This document shows, piece by piece, positions 12,566-25,391 of a stretch of 64,000 nt of DNA. Location of the stretch: contig NC_083224.1 of NCBI RefSeq assembly GCF_032191835.1, forward strand, positions 130,324,001 to 130,388,000. Reading direction: 5' to 3'. The position numbers were made by a program, and so were the translations under genes. The notes under the pieces are model-generated. The model had not been told where the DNA came from and did no database searches. It saw only the letters and a program-made list of their open reading frames with translations. Numbering within the stretch: position 1 is the first letter of the stretch; every line of letters begins with the position of its first letter. Source of the DNA: Heteronotia binoei. Its lineage: Eukaryota.

Positions 12566-13190
12566 GGTGAAGGGAGCGATCCTGCCCATTCTCTCCCAGC
12601 CAGGCATTCTTTCCCCGTGCTTGGGTGCTTGGCTGGGAGAGAAGCAGCGAGATCGCTCCCTCCACCCCCACCCCAGCACGCTGAAGGTAGCGATCCTGCC
12701 CCTTCTCTCCCAGCCAGGCATTCTTTCCCCGTGCTTGGGTGCTTGGCTGGGAGAGAAGCAGCGAGATCGCTCCCTCCACCCCTACCCCAGCACTCTGAAG
12801 GGAGCGATCCTGCCCCTTCTCTCCCAGCCAGGCATTCTTTCCCCGTGCTTGGGTGCTTGGCTGGGAGAGAAGCAGCGAGATCGTTCCCTCCAGCCCCACC
12901 CCAGCACGCTGAAAGGAGCGATCCTGCCCCTTCTCTCCCAGCCAGGCATTCTTTCCCCGTGCTTGGGTGCTTGGCTGGGAGAGAAGCAGCGAGATCGCTC
13001 CCTCCACCCCCCCCCCCACCCCAGCACGCTGAAGGGAGCGATCCTGCCTCTTCTCTCCCAGCCAGGCACGCAAGCACGGGGAAAGCATGCCTGGCTGGGA
13101 GAGAAGTGGCGAGATCGCTCCCTGCGAAGTGCTGGGTTGGCGATGGGGGCAGAGGGAGCGATCTCGCCGCTTCTCTCCCGGGGGCTGCAG
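12566..13190. repeat. Tandem array of about 5.5 x 114-bp GC-rich palindromic units
   Basis: Units start near 12569, 12683, 12797, 12911 and 13031. Each unit has AGGGAGCGATC...GATCGCTCCCT and CTTCTCTCCCAGCCA...TGGCTGGGAGAGAAG arms. The 38-aa periodicity in the ORF track equals 114 bp. Confidence 0.95.
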
Positions 13191-13213
13191 GCCCCTCCCC
13201 CCTCATATTTTAG

Positions 13214-13298
13214 TATTCGGACCATAAGACGCACGCACTTCCCCCCCACACTTTTTTTTGGGGGGGAAAGTGTGTCTTATGGTCCGAAAAATACGGTA
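13214..13298. mobile_element. Terminus of a Tc1/mariner (Tc2-like) non-autonomous element
   Basis: TTCGGACCATAAGACGCAC...GTGTCTTATGGTCCGAAAAATACGG followed by TA. CCGTATTTTTCG-type TIR with an internal hairpin. The other end was not found. Confidence 0.7.
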
Positions 13299-13319
13299 AT
13301 TTATATAATTTTGAAATTA

Positions 13320-13880
13320 ATTTATCGTCTCCAAGCAGAACTTTTTCCATTTCTGTTTTTTCTTATTACTTCAGTTTTAATGTCATTCTCCACCAAGCTC
13401 TTTATTTGTTGCATTTGAAACCAATCATATTTATTATTCAGCTCTTCAGCAGTTTTCAATTCTATTTTGCCACTTTGTATTTTTAATAGTTGATTATACG
13501 ACAACCACTTTTCTTCACCCGTCTCCGCTGTTATTTTTATCACTTCGGCTGGCACTATCCATAACAGTTTTCTCTTATCTCCATATTTCTTATATTTCAT
13601 CCATGTATTTAGCAAGCTGTTTCTTATATAATGGTGAGAGAAAAAGCTGTCTATCTTTTCCCCCCCATAATACATATAAGCGTGCCAGCCAAATTTATTT
13701 CCATGACCTTCCAAAGCTAAGTGTTTTTTATTTAACAACATTATCCATTCTTTTATCCATACTAAGCAAACTGCTTCATGATATAATTTTAAGTCTGGTA
13801 ATTGAAATTCGCCTCTCTCTTTTGCATCTGTTAAAATTTTCATTTTAATTCTTGGTTTCTTCCCTGCCCACACAAACTCT
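13320..13880 (-). mobile_element. L1-clade LINE ORF2 fragment (post-RT region)
   Basis: ORF 13322-13873 WAGKKPRIK...ERGEFQLPDLKLYHEAVCLVWIKEW matches the W.GKKPRI...GGL.LPD..LY motif of vertebrate L1 ORF2. Confidence 0.85.
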
Positions 13881-14545
13881 GAAATTTTGGTTAAAATGGT
13901 TCTGAGCCATTTGAATCACTGCCACTTTTCACAGGGAGCAGAAAGCAGCGGGTTAAACTTTAAATGGTTCATGAACTGATATGAACCAGTTTGGTTTGTG
14001 AATTGACCTATTGGTTTGTGGTTGAGCCACAAACCACAAATCGAACCAAACTGCCAAAATGCAGTTCACGCCCATCCCTAACACCATGTCAAGACAATGT
14101 TCATGCTGCATTTTTCTTTATTCTTGTGAATAATTTCCCCCCTACTTCTACTATGACTTGATCTTCCTATATACAAGAATATCATCTTCATTTCATTATT
14201 TTCCTTTTTTGTTATTAGCTTAATTCCACAGCCTTTAATTATATTCATCACATTTCTGAGTTATTCAAGGTCACATGATCAGATGGCTCTTTGATGTTTT
14301 TTTAAAAAATTTATACTTAATTGTGTCAGAAGACTAACTGTGTTTCAGGGCAACACACCAACATACGTTTAATAGCATCAGATTAATCATGCATGTCAGA
14401 AAAGCAGGGAAACAATTTTTGAGTATTCATAAAATTTGTTTGGGATTGTAAACTAATTCAGCATTAACGTATGAATGCTAATATTAAGAATTTTGGGGGA
14501 TTTCATGATAACTCTCCCCCACCCCTCAGTGAATTAGAACTGGAG

Positions 14546-14765
14546 AGACTCAGCGTGGTATAGTAGTTAAAGTGTCAGACTAGGATCCAGGAAATCCAGG
14601 CTCAAATCCCCACTTGTGCCATGGAAGCTTGCTCTTGTGGCCTTGGGCCAGTTACACACTTTCAGCTTAATCACAGGATGGTTGTAAAGATAAAATGGAT
14701 GAGAGGAGAATGATGTATGCCACTTTGGGCTCCCATTTCAGAAAAAGGTAGGATATAAATAAAAC
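14546..14765 (+). mobile_element. CORE SINE (MIR/Squam3-like)
   Basis: tRNA-like head GTGGTATAGTAGTTAAAGTG...CTCAAATCCCC, CACAGGATGGTTGT CORE segment, AGGTAGGATATAAAT tail. Confidence 0.75.
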
Positions 14766-17417
14766 AGATAACTGACTGGCTCATGTGGAAACAATGCTGG
14801 CGGGAGTTATTTCCCCATTTTTCTCTGACACATGCACAAATACTCCATGTTAAAAACTCAGATCTGTAGTTTGGCCATCAAGTTCCAATTCTAGCCAGTC
14901 AGTTAATATCTCTCATACTATCTCTCATACTCTCATGGGGTTACAAAGTGGGGAGTGGGGTAAGAGGAGAAATGTGTATACCAATTGCAGGATGGTAAAT
15001 GGCATTTGATTGTATTCATCCCATGCTAATTTTCTTCTCCTTCCCTTGTTCCATTTCCATCAATTGCTTCATTTTTCTCCTCACTCTCCAGCATGTTGGA
15101 ATCTCATACACTCTTCCTCTGTCAGCATTCAGCATCCTTCCAGTATACAGAGAACTGACCTTGGTGGAGGAATATGAATGCTTAAATGTCACAAAGAGGG
15201 ATGTGACTGAGGCCTGGCCTTAGCATATCGGGAAGGAAAAATCTAGCCTAGTATTTTCCAGTTTACAGGGAATTAGTAATGTAAGGGAGATGGGGGGTGG
15301 GGTGTCATCTTTTAGCTACATTCAAAAATGGTTCTAGAGTCTGGCAAACTGTGGAGGATTAGAGGCAGAGGCATGTAGGATGTGGTATTTCTGTGCTGCT
15401 ATGTCAGTTTCAGGGAAAATCCAGAAATGACATAGGTTAGCTCTAGGAATTGCGGAAATTATGTATATTTATCAGCAGATATACATATTCTTTCTTTATG
15501 TGTTTTATACACCATGATTTCATAGATCAAATCTGTGGAACAGAGATTTGTCTTTTGCTTATGCTTCTATGTAAAGCACCATACAACTCATGATGAAAAA
15601 GGAAAGATAGAAATAAAAAGTAGCAAAGCTTTGATCATGTCCGTATTCTGTGCACACATGAATAACAACAAAGATATAATTTGCAACACTTATAGAGCTC
15701 TCTTTTGATTATCTATTGTATCTATCCCCCCCCCCCCCCCCGTAGAGCCATATTAGCTTCAGTTGTAGTTACCTTTCAATCTGGAAAGCTCTTGTTTTCA
15801 GCAAGGGCACCCCTCCCCCTGCACTCCTTGTTTCTTCATCTTTCCCCTTAGTGTGGAAGTGGAAATTCAGATAATTATAGAAAAAGGTTTTCAAACATAT
15901 ACATTTTCTAACTGACACATACTCGGCTCTTGATGTGTTCTGTGCCTGTTCTCATTAAATTTTATACACAGCAAACCTGAACAAAAACTTGTGCACTGTT
16001 AAGGAACAATGATTCCTTTATGCTAGTAAAGAGAAGATTTATAGAGAAAATCACTTGAATCTGACAGTCACTGACATAATTTCTTAGTTCATGAAAAGTG
16101 AGTGGGACCTGATGAATTGTCCTCCTTTCATTAGAAAGCTACTGGGGTTTTTTGTCTCAGTGAAGATGGCAAGTGAATAATGATAACTGTCACAATTAAA
16201 CAATTTTATCTTTTACCTGAAACACTTTTACATTAGTCAAATAAATATTTTTTTAAAAGTTCAAATTCTGTTTTAATACAGGATGATCACCTTTGGGGCC
16301 CCAAGATACTGTATGTTAAAAGGGAAGAGAGCTTAGATATTGCCTTTATTTGCATGGAAACAGAAAACTGACATACCAAGTCAGACCATTAGTTCATCAC
16401 TATCATCTCATTTGACTGGCAGAAACTTCTAAGAATCTTTCAGGCTCTCTCCCAGCACCTGTTCGATGTGGTCTCCCACTGAAGGTGCCAGGAATGAAAC
16501 CTGCAAATAAATCACACTAGATCACAACCTGGGACCTTCTGTGTTCAAAGCATGTGCTTCACTACAAAGCTGCAACTCCTATGTTGATATAAAAAGTTGC
16601 TGATAAAACAGTTCCACATCTGTGTGTTGTCTTAATCCACTACTCCAAGTAAACAAAAGTTTTGACTAATGTGACACATTTCACAAATTCAAACATTTGT
16701 ATTTTGAATTGATTAAAAGCATGATTTTCATAGTGTAGATTTCAAATTTTAAAATGTATATTTTGTGACAAAAGTAAAATGCCTGCTAGCTACTGGATAC
16801 ACTTTAGTTTTATCATCTGCAGTTTATGACCAATATTTTCCCGCACATTTGACAAACCCTCCCAAATCAAAACTGTTTCATTTGCAAACTGAAAACACCT
16901 CTGCTTTCAATGTTTCCACTCACAAAATGGAGTCATTTTCATTTTGGCTTGCATACAAATTTTATGTGAATTTAATTTTCCTTGAATTTATCCAAGAAAG
17001 TGCTTGAAAGCAATGCAGCTGCTTGTTATAATACTCAAAATATCCTGGACTGACGATTCTGTACCATAACAGTATAACCATTTCATGTTCACAGAGATTA
17101 CTAAGCATCAACATTAAAAGACTTGGATCCTACAAAAAAAAAAATTACAAAAGGATTTCTGTCAGTACAGTGTGATTTTCTCACCTTTCCATTCCTGCTG
17201 CTGCTCAAAATGTATCTTAAAATGTTGGTCTTGGACTGCCAGGCAATATTAGAGATCTGCCACAGAAAGAGGGATCAGCAAAAGTCATCCATGTTCCTCC
17301 ATTAGCAGAAAAACCCCCATAAGGGATCTCTTTATATTAGATTCACAAGTCTCTCAGACTCAGTTTTCAGGAGTATGATCCAACCTATTTTCTTTGAAGC
17401 TAGTATGCCCTAATTTG

Positions 17418-17912
17418 ATAGCCCGGGCCAGCCCCATCTCATCAGATCTTGAAAGCTAAGCAGGTTTGGCCTTGGTTAGTATTTGCATGAGAGACCACCA
17501 AGGAAGTCAGTCATGTTGTGATCCGCCTTAAGCCCGTTTATGGAAAAAGGCAAAATATAAACCTATTAAATAAAAAAAATAAAAAAAATGTTGCAGAGGC
17601 CAGCAATGATAAAACACTTCTGAACCAGTGTTTCCTCTAAGCTGAGTTAGCATGAGCTAGCTCACAGATTATTAGCCTCCAGCTCACACATAACTATCTT
17701 TGCTCAGAAAGGATGACCCCAGAGCACACTGCTCACAACTTTAGTAGCTCACAATTTTAATGCCGGTAGCTCACAACTTTAATGCCAGTAGCTCGCAAAG
17801 TAGAATTTTTGCTCACAAGACCCTGAAGCTTAGCGGGAACATTGTTCTGAACCATGTCTTGCTTTGAAAACCCCACAGGGTCACCATAAGTCAGCTGTGA
17901 CTTGGCAGTGTC
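17418..17912 (+). mobile_element. 5S rRNA-derived SINE (SINE3-type), interrupted by two insertions
   Basis: CCCCATCTCATCAGATCTTGAAAGCTAAGCAGG...TGGTTAGTATTTGCATGAGAGACCACC resembles the 5S rRNA A/C boxes. The body resumes after 17852 with GAAAACCCCACAGGGTCACCATAAGTCAGCTGTGACTTG. Confidence 0.75.
17626..17844. mobile_element. hAT-superfamily MITE (219 bp)
   Basis: TIRs CAGTGTTTCCTCTAAGCT / AGCTTAGCGGGAACATTG; perfect 8-bp TSD TTCTGAAC at 17618-17625 and 17845-17852. Confidence 0.92.
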
Positions 17913-18699
17913 TCTGACTGAAAGCAGTCTTGGACTCAAATCCTTCTGGAAGCTGCATTGATGACTCTCTTAATAACTAAGAAGGTCATACAGCTCCATA
18001 TTTGGCCCTGCCCTATCACTAGATGATTTATCACCACACACTCTTCCTTCTGGATGTACTTGTAACTAGCTATTTTTGTGTGTTCCTTCAAGATCTGCCC
18101 CTGTATATTGACCTAGTGCTTCAGCCCTACTTTTGGGGGGTGACGTCTTGGATTTAATATTTGTCCTCACTTGCTAGACTTAACAATTGAATATGTAAGT
18201 TTAAAGCCTTCCGTGAGTCCCCCATGTATAAAATATGTAAGAGAGAATAATCTTATCTTCATAAGTTACATGTACAACTTGTACAAGATAGAACAAGACC
18301 CAACCCCTTTATATTTTTCTTCTGACTTTATGCATAGTACTATCTTTTATACATAATTCCCCTTTCATGGTGGCAAATCCCAGTTCCTCACTGGTTGGAT
18401 GTGGGGTATCAACCATTCCCTAATGAAGCATCTGTCACTGTCTCTGGCCTCCCATTGACTGACACCCCTGCCCCCCCCCCCCGCTGCAGACCCAGGAATA
18501 TTGAACAAACTGTCGAAACAGTCTCACCTCAGAGACAGATACATCTCTGTTGCTTCTCTGTGTCTTTATCAACAGCCAGGAGCGTTTCCTTAGAGGCAAT
18601 GGCTGTCCCACCTTTACTGTCTTTCTTGCCTCTTTCCTGTCACTCCCTCTCTCCCTCCTCCCCTTAGCCTCATCTCAGGATTATTGGCTAAGATGGGGT

Positions 18700-18950
18700 C
18701 ATAGGGTTGCCAACTCCAGGTTGGGAAATTCCTGGAGATTTGAGGGGTGGAGCGTGGAGAGGGTGGGGTTTGAAGAGTGGTGGGACCTCAGACAGGTACA
18801 ATGCCATATACTCCAAACTAACAATTTCCTCCTGGGGGACAATTGTTGCCAATCTCCAGGTGAGGGCTGGAGATCACTCAGAATTACAACTAATCTCCAG
18901 ATGGCAGAGATCACTTTCCTTGGAGAAAATGGGTACTTTGCAGGGTGGAC
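18700..18950 (+). mobile_element. TAGGGTTGCCA-type repeat (probable non-autonomous DNA transposon fragment)
   Basis: TAGGGTTGCCAACTCCAGGTTGGGAAATTCCTGGAGATTT...; related copies at about 19065-19130 and 19394-19560. Confidence 0.7.
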
Positions 18951-19393
18951 AGATAAGTAGGGTGCTTAAGAACAACAACATTATCAGAGACAGACTATTG
19001 CTCTGAAAGGTATCACTAAAAGCCTCTGAGGCAGAAATCATTGAAGCCAGTCCTGACTACAACTGCCAGTTCCAGGTTGGTGGAAAATCCCTGGAGATTC
19101 TGTGGTGGAGTGTGAGGAGGGCCTAGGAATCAGGGCTTTGGAGCGGGGTCTGCCACACCCAGGTCCTTGCTGTGGAAGCTGTCTGGGTGATTTTGGACCA
19201 GTCACAGATTTTCAGCCAAACCTACCCCACAGGGTTGTTGTTCAGATCAAAGGGGGCAGAAGAGAATGATGTAAGCTGCTTTGGTCTCCCCCACAATGTG
19301 GAGAAAGACTGTGCTTTTCCTATGTAGAGGCTGTAGGAAGGGGGAAGGCTATGAAGAGCTGAAGTTGGAGGTGCAGATAAAGGGAAGGAGATA

Positions 19394-19560
19394 GGGTTGC
19401 CAATTTGAAGTTAGGAAATTCCTGGAGATTTAAGGGGTGAGACTTGGAGAGGGTGGGGTTTGAGGAGGGCTGGGACCTCAGACAGGAAAATGCCATTTCT
19501 TCCTGGGGATCCACTCTTGCCAATCTCCAGGTGAGGGCTGGAGATCACTCAGAAAAACAA
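19394..19560 (+). mobile_element. Second TAGGGTTGCCA-type repeat copy
   Basis: Colinear with 18700-18900 (CCTGGAGATTT, GAGGGTGGGGTTTGA, GGGACCTCAGACAGG, GCCAATCTCCAGGTGAGGGCTGGAGATCACTCAGAA). Confidence 0.75.
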
Positions 19561-19864
19561 CTGTCCCCTTGAGGTGGGGAGGGGAGTGAATGCCTTCACT
19601 TGGGTGGGTGGGAAGACAGCAAGGGTAGGGGGCACTTATTCAGAGGCTCTTTCTAGAGCCCACTGTATTTTTTTCCACAACAGGCCTTGTTCCTAGTAAA
19701 ATAATAAACAGCCTGTTGGGTCAGTGATCAAATAAAATGTATAGAGTTTTTATTTCACATGTAAAAAGATTTGCTTCTGTAAAATAAAAGATGAAATAAA
19801 ATAAAAAAGGTGAAACACAACGCCATACAATTTTTTAAAGAAAAAATTCTGATACTCTGATGTT

Positions 19865-20005
19865 GAGAGTCGGCTTGGTGTAATGGTTATGAGCAGTGAA
19901 CTCTAATTAGGAGAACTGAGTTTGATTCCTTGCTCCTTCACATAAACCCAACTGGGTAATCTGAGTCAGTCACAGTTCCCCAAGAACCCTCTCAGCCCCA
20001 CCCCA
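19865..20005 (+). mobile_element. CORE SINE 5' portion
   Basis: GAGAGTCGGCTTGGTGTAATGGTTA...GTTTGATTCC tRNA-like head; 3' truncated. Confidence 0.65.
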
Positions 20006-21413
20006 AAAGAAAACAAGTCTAGCTTGCTACTAGTTAATGGTGCATAATGCTAAAAGATCTAGAACTTTAGGTTGCCAGACAATCTTAGGATCTCTTGGCT
20101 GTACTACACAAAATGTCATACAAAAATTATCAATTATTATTCTGATGTTTTATCATAGGGTTAAAATACTTTATCCAATAAAACTTTGTCCCCAAGTAAG
20201 ATTTCACTTCTCCTTTACTAAACTATTAAACACCATACCCAAATTTCTTGGCTTCTCTCATTTTGGAGGAAAGGGATCTATTCCCAGATCAGTCAAGAAG
20301 AGCTCAGAACCTAAGCTGACAAGATTGTCTCTAGTCTTCCTGTTTCTCATGCTTGTGGCCAGACTGTGGCCACTCTGTCCTGTAGAGTTAAAAGTAAGCT
20401 GGTGGCAGCTGCCATTAAACAACCCATGTTCCTATACTCTGAGTTTGAATGAATCTTGGACACAGTGTATATGCCCTGTGAGAATGTACCTTATACTATG
20501 TAATTACTGTGCCAGTAATTTTCAGGATCAGGTTCTTTTTTCCATCTGTGACTGTTAGTTTATGAGATTTCTAGAATGCCACAAGGGAAATCTTTTGCCC
20601 TTGACATTGACAGAAACCATGATCTCTAACTAGTTAAAAATGGAAGCCTATCAAGAGTATCATTTGGGGCTCATATCCATGGCTTTGATTGGCAGGCCCA
20701 TCATTGCTTTAGGCCAGTTGGCCTCAAACAATCAGTGAATGCCATAATGGGAAGTGATGGGGATATGAAGTATATTTGGCAACTTGTATGTACTGCATTT
20801 TTATGCACTTTATAGTTCAAACATGTTTTGTAGAATGAGACTACTTGAATTTAAAATAAAATATTACTATTTTATTTTACTATTATTTACTATCATTAGG
20901 TGGATGAAAAGTTTTTATTTTATTTTACTATTGAGCTTTTGTAAACATCAGCTTTGCTGGAATAATTAACAAATTATTCAGTGCACGTTATTGCTAAGCA
21001 GTCTACCTTCCTTTTTTTTAAAGCACACTTATAATTTTCTTTAGGGGGGGGGGGGAAGTGGTCCTGTTTATTTGTCAGCAGTGCTGCATGGAAATACAAT
21101 GAACATGAAGAAAGAGAAAATGGTGAGAGAGAAAGTATGATAGGTGTATATATGGGTATAGAAGGGGCATAGACTGAGAATTTGTGCATTATCACCAAAC
21201 CAATGCAACTCATTATATCTCATTACTGCACTATGCTGGGCATTCTTACAAGGTAAAAGTCATGTAACATTATTTGTTAAGATATAAAGTTTCTGAAGAA
21301 AAAACATTTTGCTGTATCGCACCAGGTTTTTTTTTTCTTGGTGAAAAGAGGGAAAGTGCCTTATGACCTCTGAGGGGTATGCTAGGGATCATGGGACCTA
21401 CATGGACAAAACC

Positions 21414-21560
21414 TGTAGCTCAGTAGCAGAACATCTGTTTGGCATGCAGAAGGTCTCATGTTCAGTCCCTGGCATATCTAGTTAAAAGAATAAGGTAGGA
21501 AGTGATGTGAAAGACCTGCCTGAAACCCTGGAGACCTGCTGCCAGTCTCAGTCAGTCTGG
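21414..21560 (+). mobile_element. tRNA-derived SINE head (different family from the CORE SINE)
   Basis: GTAGCTCAGTAGCAGAACATCTG...GCATGCAGAAGGTC...GTTCAGTCCCTGGCAT has A/B box spacing; a similar degraded copy lies at about 33524-33730. Confidence 0.65.
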
Positions 21561-24500
21561 AGTCTTGTGTTTTCCTAGCAACAGCCAATGAAGAAATCCA
21601 TTGTTTAAAGTTACAGACATTCCTTTTATCATTTTCACATTTTTTTAAAATCCCATTTTAAAAAAAGATTTCACATTTTACTGCAAATTGGGGACCCTGC
21701 TGATGTGACCTTGAGTCAGTCACAAGTTCTCACAGAGATGTTCCTCTCAAGAGCAGTTTCTATCAGAGCTGCTTCAGCTCCACTTACCACACAGGAACAG
21801 AGATCACATCAGAGACATACAGATTAATAGTTTGGAGCCCACCACCACCTCCACTCAATTTCACCCAATTCCCTTTCTCAGTGCAGCATCTGTCCTACAT
21901 GAACATATTAACACACATGAACACATAAGGCTGCTTTATACTGAATCAGACCACTGGTCTGACCAGGCTCTGGATGAGGCAGATGACAGCAATCATCTTC
22001 CACAATGTTAAGACACTTGTCTTGATGGTCGGTAGGAAGAATTTTTTGCTAGGTGTGAGGACATTGCAGAAAGTCTATTGTTGACTGTGGGCTTCTTAAT
22101 TTACATCTCCAAAGCATGCCTGGTCCTTGGAATGTGGGACCTGATTCACATATCTCCTCTGCATGGCGGCTTGTAGGAGCAGAAGTTGTTTTGGGGACAT
22201 CCTCTTTTCAGATCAGGCACAAACAGTCACACAATAGCAGTTACAGGCAGGCCTTGCTGTAAATGCTGCTGCATAGTCTATACAGGGTAAACGTCCACGT
22301 TGAGCTGGCACAAGGGCCAAATGTTTTAAAGTCCAATAGGACTGAGCAGGGCCGGCACTAGGGGTTCTGATGCTGAAGGCAGACCCCAACACAGCGCTTC
22401 CCCAGCTCCTTTTAGGAAAAAAATTGCATGCCATCAAGCAGCCCCTTTCCCCCTCAGGCTTCCTGATTGGGGTGAGGGGAGCCAACAGTCGCGTCCCTGC
22501 ACGTCTTGCAAGGTGCGGGGAAGGCAAGCCCTGTCTCCCACTCAGGCTTCCTGCAATGCTGATTGGGGGTGGGGGGAAGTTGACAGTCGCATCCAGCGTG
22601 CCTTGCAAGGTGTATGGTATGCAAGCCCCGAGCCCAGCTCATGGGAGGGGGGTGTCCAATGGTGCCCCCAGGTGGGGTGGCACCCTAGGTAGCCGCCTAC
22701 CCCACCTACTCCCAAACATTGGCTTTGGGACTGAGTGTCCATAAAGCAGTAGGCATATGAGTTTTAGGTTATTACTTTCCATTGTAACTGTAAGTCCATG
22801 TGGGCCTGGTATTAGAGCCAGAGCACTATAGTCCATAACGGAGGGAGAAGGGATCCAGGACTAACAATGGGGGGTGGAGGAGACTAATGGGGGGGGACAG
22901 GAGAGTGATGGGAGACAGAAATAGGGAGAAAGAGTAGTGAGGTGGGGAGGCAGAAAAAAAAGTGATGAGGTGGGGAGGTAGAAAAAGAAAGAGATAGTGA
23001 TGGAGCAGAAAAAGAGAGATAATGATAGGCATGGAAAAGAGAGAGAGAGAGAGAGAAAGCTAAGAGTTTGCAAGAGGTAGAACAAGTGAGAGACTGAGAG
23101 AAGGCAATGAAGAGGGGAGGATGCAAAGGTGGGGAAAATGGGATAGCCACTCCCATAAGTTTCTTGCAGGTCCCAACTTGTAATTTTTTTTTTAAACTGT
23201 GACACCTTTTTAAAGTGCCTTTTTATTAATCTGTACTTCACAGATAGGGGTGAAGACTCAGCTAATGATTTTCCAATAATATTTGTAAAATATTTTTAGC
23301 TGAATAATTTTGTTAACTCGATAGAGTTAGTAGTTATTAGCTAACCCCAGCACTATAAACATAAAGGCAATATCTCTGTTAAGTGCCCCTTTTCTCTGAG
23401 ATTAGCAAATTTAATTTCAAATTCTTTCTTCAGTAGCAGTGTTCTGGCTGAAGGCAAGCTGTTGAACCAACGACAAAGGTTATTACATTTTTGAAATTAT
23501 ATTTTAAGAATGTTTAATAACTGTGAAGAAAACACTTTTATGACCATGGAAACTGGCAGAGATTAAACAATGAAAGACAAGTTATATTAAAAATACACAC
23601 ACATAGCTGAAGCTACTTTTCTCATCATCTCTAGTTCATTCAACATGGTACAGAATTTTTTAAAGGTGACTGGAGCATCTTGGTTCTCAAAGTGTGAGGC
23701 AGGCTTCTCTAAGAAAGTAGGGTTGTTAGGTCCCATTGTTGCACTGGCAGAGGGATTGGAAGGTCATTCTGGGAGTGGTTAAAGATGTTGCCTGATGTGC
23801 ATATATCACCTGGAAGTGATGTAGGCATGCCAGTGATATCGGGGCCATGCTCTGTTTTTTTGGGCAAAACTCTGGTAACCTCAAACCATAAAGTTTTGCC
23901 TAAAAAGCAGAGTGTCACACTCCCCCTACCCCAGCATCGCTGATGTGCCTATGTCATTTCCAGGTGATGTCAGTGCATTGTGCACAATGTTGCTGTTTGT
24001 GGTGGGAGCAATCTTGTCCCACTGGCTAGCTGGCCACCAGCAGGCAGCAACCCCTGAAAGCAGGGGATCCCCCATCCCCAACTGGGGAATGGTAACCCTA
24101 TAAGAAAGTGATGTCAGTTGCTAAGGACAAGAACTATGGCCTCTCCTACAGCTGGGCAGGGTGATCTGGACTGCCTCATGTGAAAGATTCACAGATACCA
24201 ATTGGTAACAAATTGTGTGTTAAACAGTGGCCCCAGACTCACCTGGAGCTCTGTTTGTGGACCTGTAGGGACAGAGAAGAGAGTGATGTGGGTGGTCAGC
24301 CATTTGTGCTCAGTGATGCTGCCATGCAGGATTACTCAAGCTTCAGCAGCAGAGGCCTGGTGTAGCAGCTTCTTCCAGCCTGGCCAATCAGGTACAGATT
24401 GGTGCAGGCATGGGCAGGGCTTGGATGGGTGGATTGTGGGGACTAAGTCCTCCCCCTGGTCTGCTGGCTGGACTCGCCATGTTGCTCAACTCACCATGTT

Positions 24501-25043
24501 GCTTTCTCCATCCATTCCTACCTTTTTTGAGGTACTTAAGGGTGTGTTTATGTTGAGTGTAGTTTGCTTGGTGCATTGTTCTATTTTTTTCTTTTCTCTT
24601 TCATGTGCTTTCTGATGGTATCGGCATGGGGCCAGATCCATTCTGAGGAGAACACTGCCTGTGTGCCTATTTCTCTTATCCTTGACAAATTCCTTAAGGC
24701 AGGGTTTCCCAAACTTCCCCCCCCTCCCATAGCTCAGTTATTTTTACACTTCTCCTTCATGACCCACTAAAATTTGGGGTGGAGCCAGGAGACAGGAAAT
24801 GATGTTCAAACAAGCCTAAAACTATTGTATTTTGTTTAGGAAAAGTAGGAGAATAGTGGGATTTTGCAATGTAATTTTAAAAATAAAATATTAAGAAAAA
24901 GCACAAGGACCACACAGCAGAAAACTAAAAATATAAAATGTTCTCAGCCTGGGAAAACATGAAATGGCAGCGTGTTTCAAGCTTTCCCCCCCACCCCGGG
25001 TCTATTCAGATTAGCAATGGCAAGCAAGGAAGGAGGGAGACAG

Positions 25044-25391
25044 NNNNNNNNNNNNNNNNNNNNNNNNNNNNNNNNNNNNNNNNNNNNNNNNNNNNNNNNN
25101 NNNNNNNNNNNNNNNNNNNNNNNNNNNNNNNNNNNNNNNNNNNNNNNNNNNNNNNNNNNNNNNNNNNNNNNNNNNNNNNNNNNNNNNNNNNNNNNNNNNN
25201 NNNNNNNNNNNNNNNNNNNNNNNNNNNNNNNNNNNNNNNNNNNNNNNNNNNNNNNNNNNNNNNNNNNNNNNNNNNNNNNNNNNNNNNNNNNNNNNNNNNN
25301 NNNNNNNNNNNNNNNNNNNNNNNNNNNNNNNNNNNNNNNNNNNNNNNNNNNNNNNNNNNNNNNNNNNNNNNNNNNNNNNNNNNNNNNNNNN
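25044..25391. other. Assembly gap (N run) flanked by purine-rich simple repeat
   Basis: N characters in the sequence. Confidence 1.

Noticed and set aside
12566-13190. CRISPR-like array (palindromic repeats with spacers)
   Set aside because: Spacers are near-identical C-rich tracts, units are 114 bp, there are no cas genes, and the DNA is vertebrate.
12078-13418. 446-aa ORF and the overlapping 242/223/194/155-aa ORFs as a novel repeat protein
   Set aside because: Explained by a stop-free 114-bp GC-rich tandem unit that is open on both strands and fused to unrelated repeats; no coding signature.
17418-17500. Functional 5S rRNA gene
   Set aside because: Partial, diverged and fused to SINE sequence.
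21414-21490. tRNA gene
   Set aside because: Cloverleaf is degenerate and continues into a repeat body; it is a SINE head.
16282-23478. Scattered plus-strand micro-exon candidates (16282-16310, about 21072-21122, 23434-23478)
   Set aside because: Weak donors or acceptors, and no consistent phase chain or known protein match.
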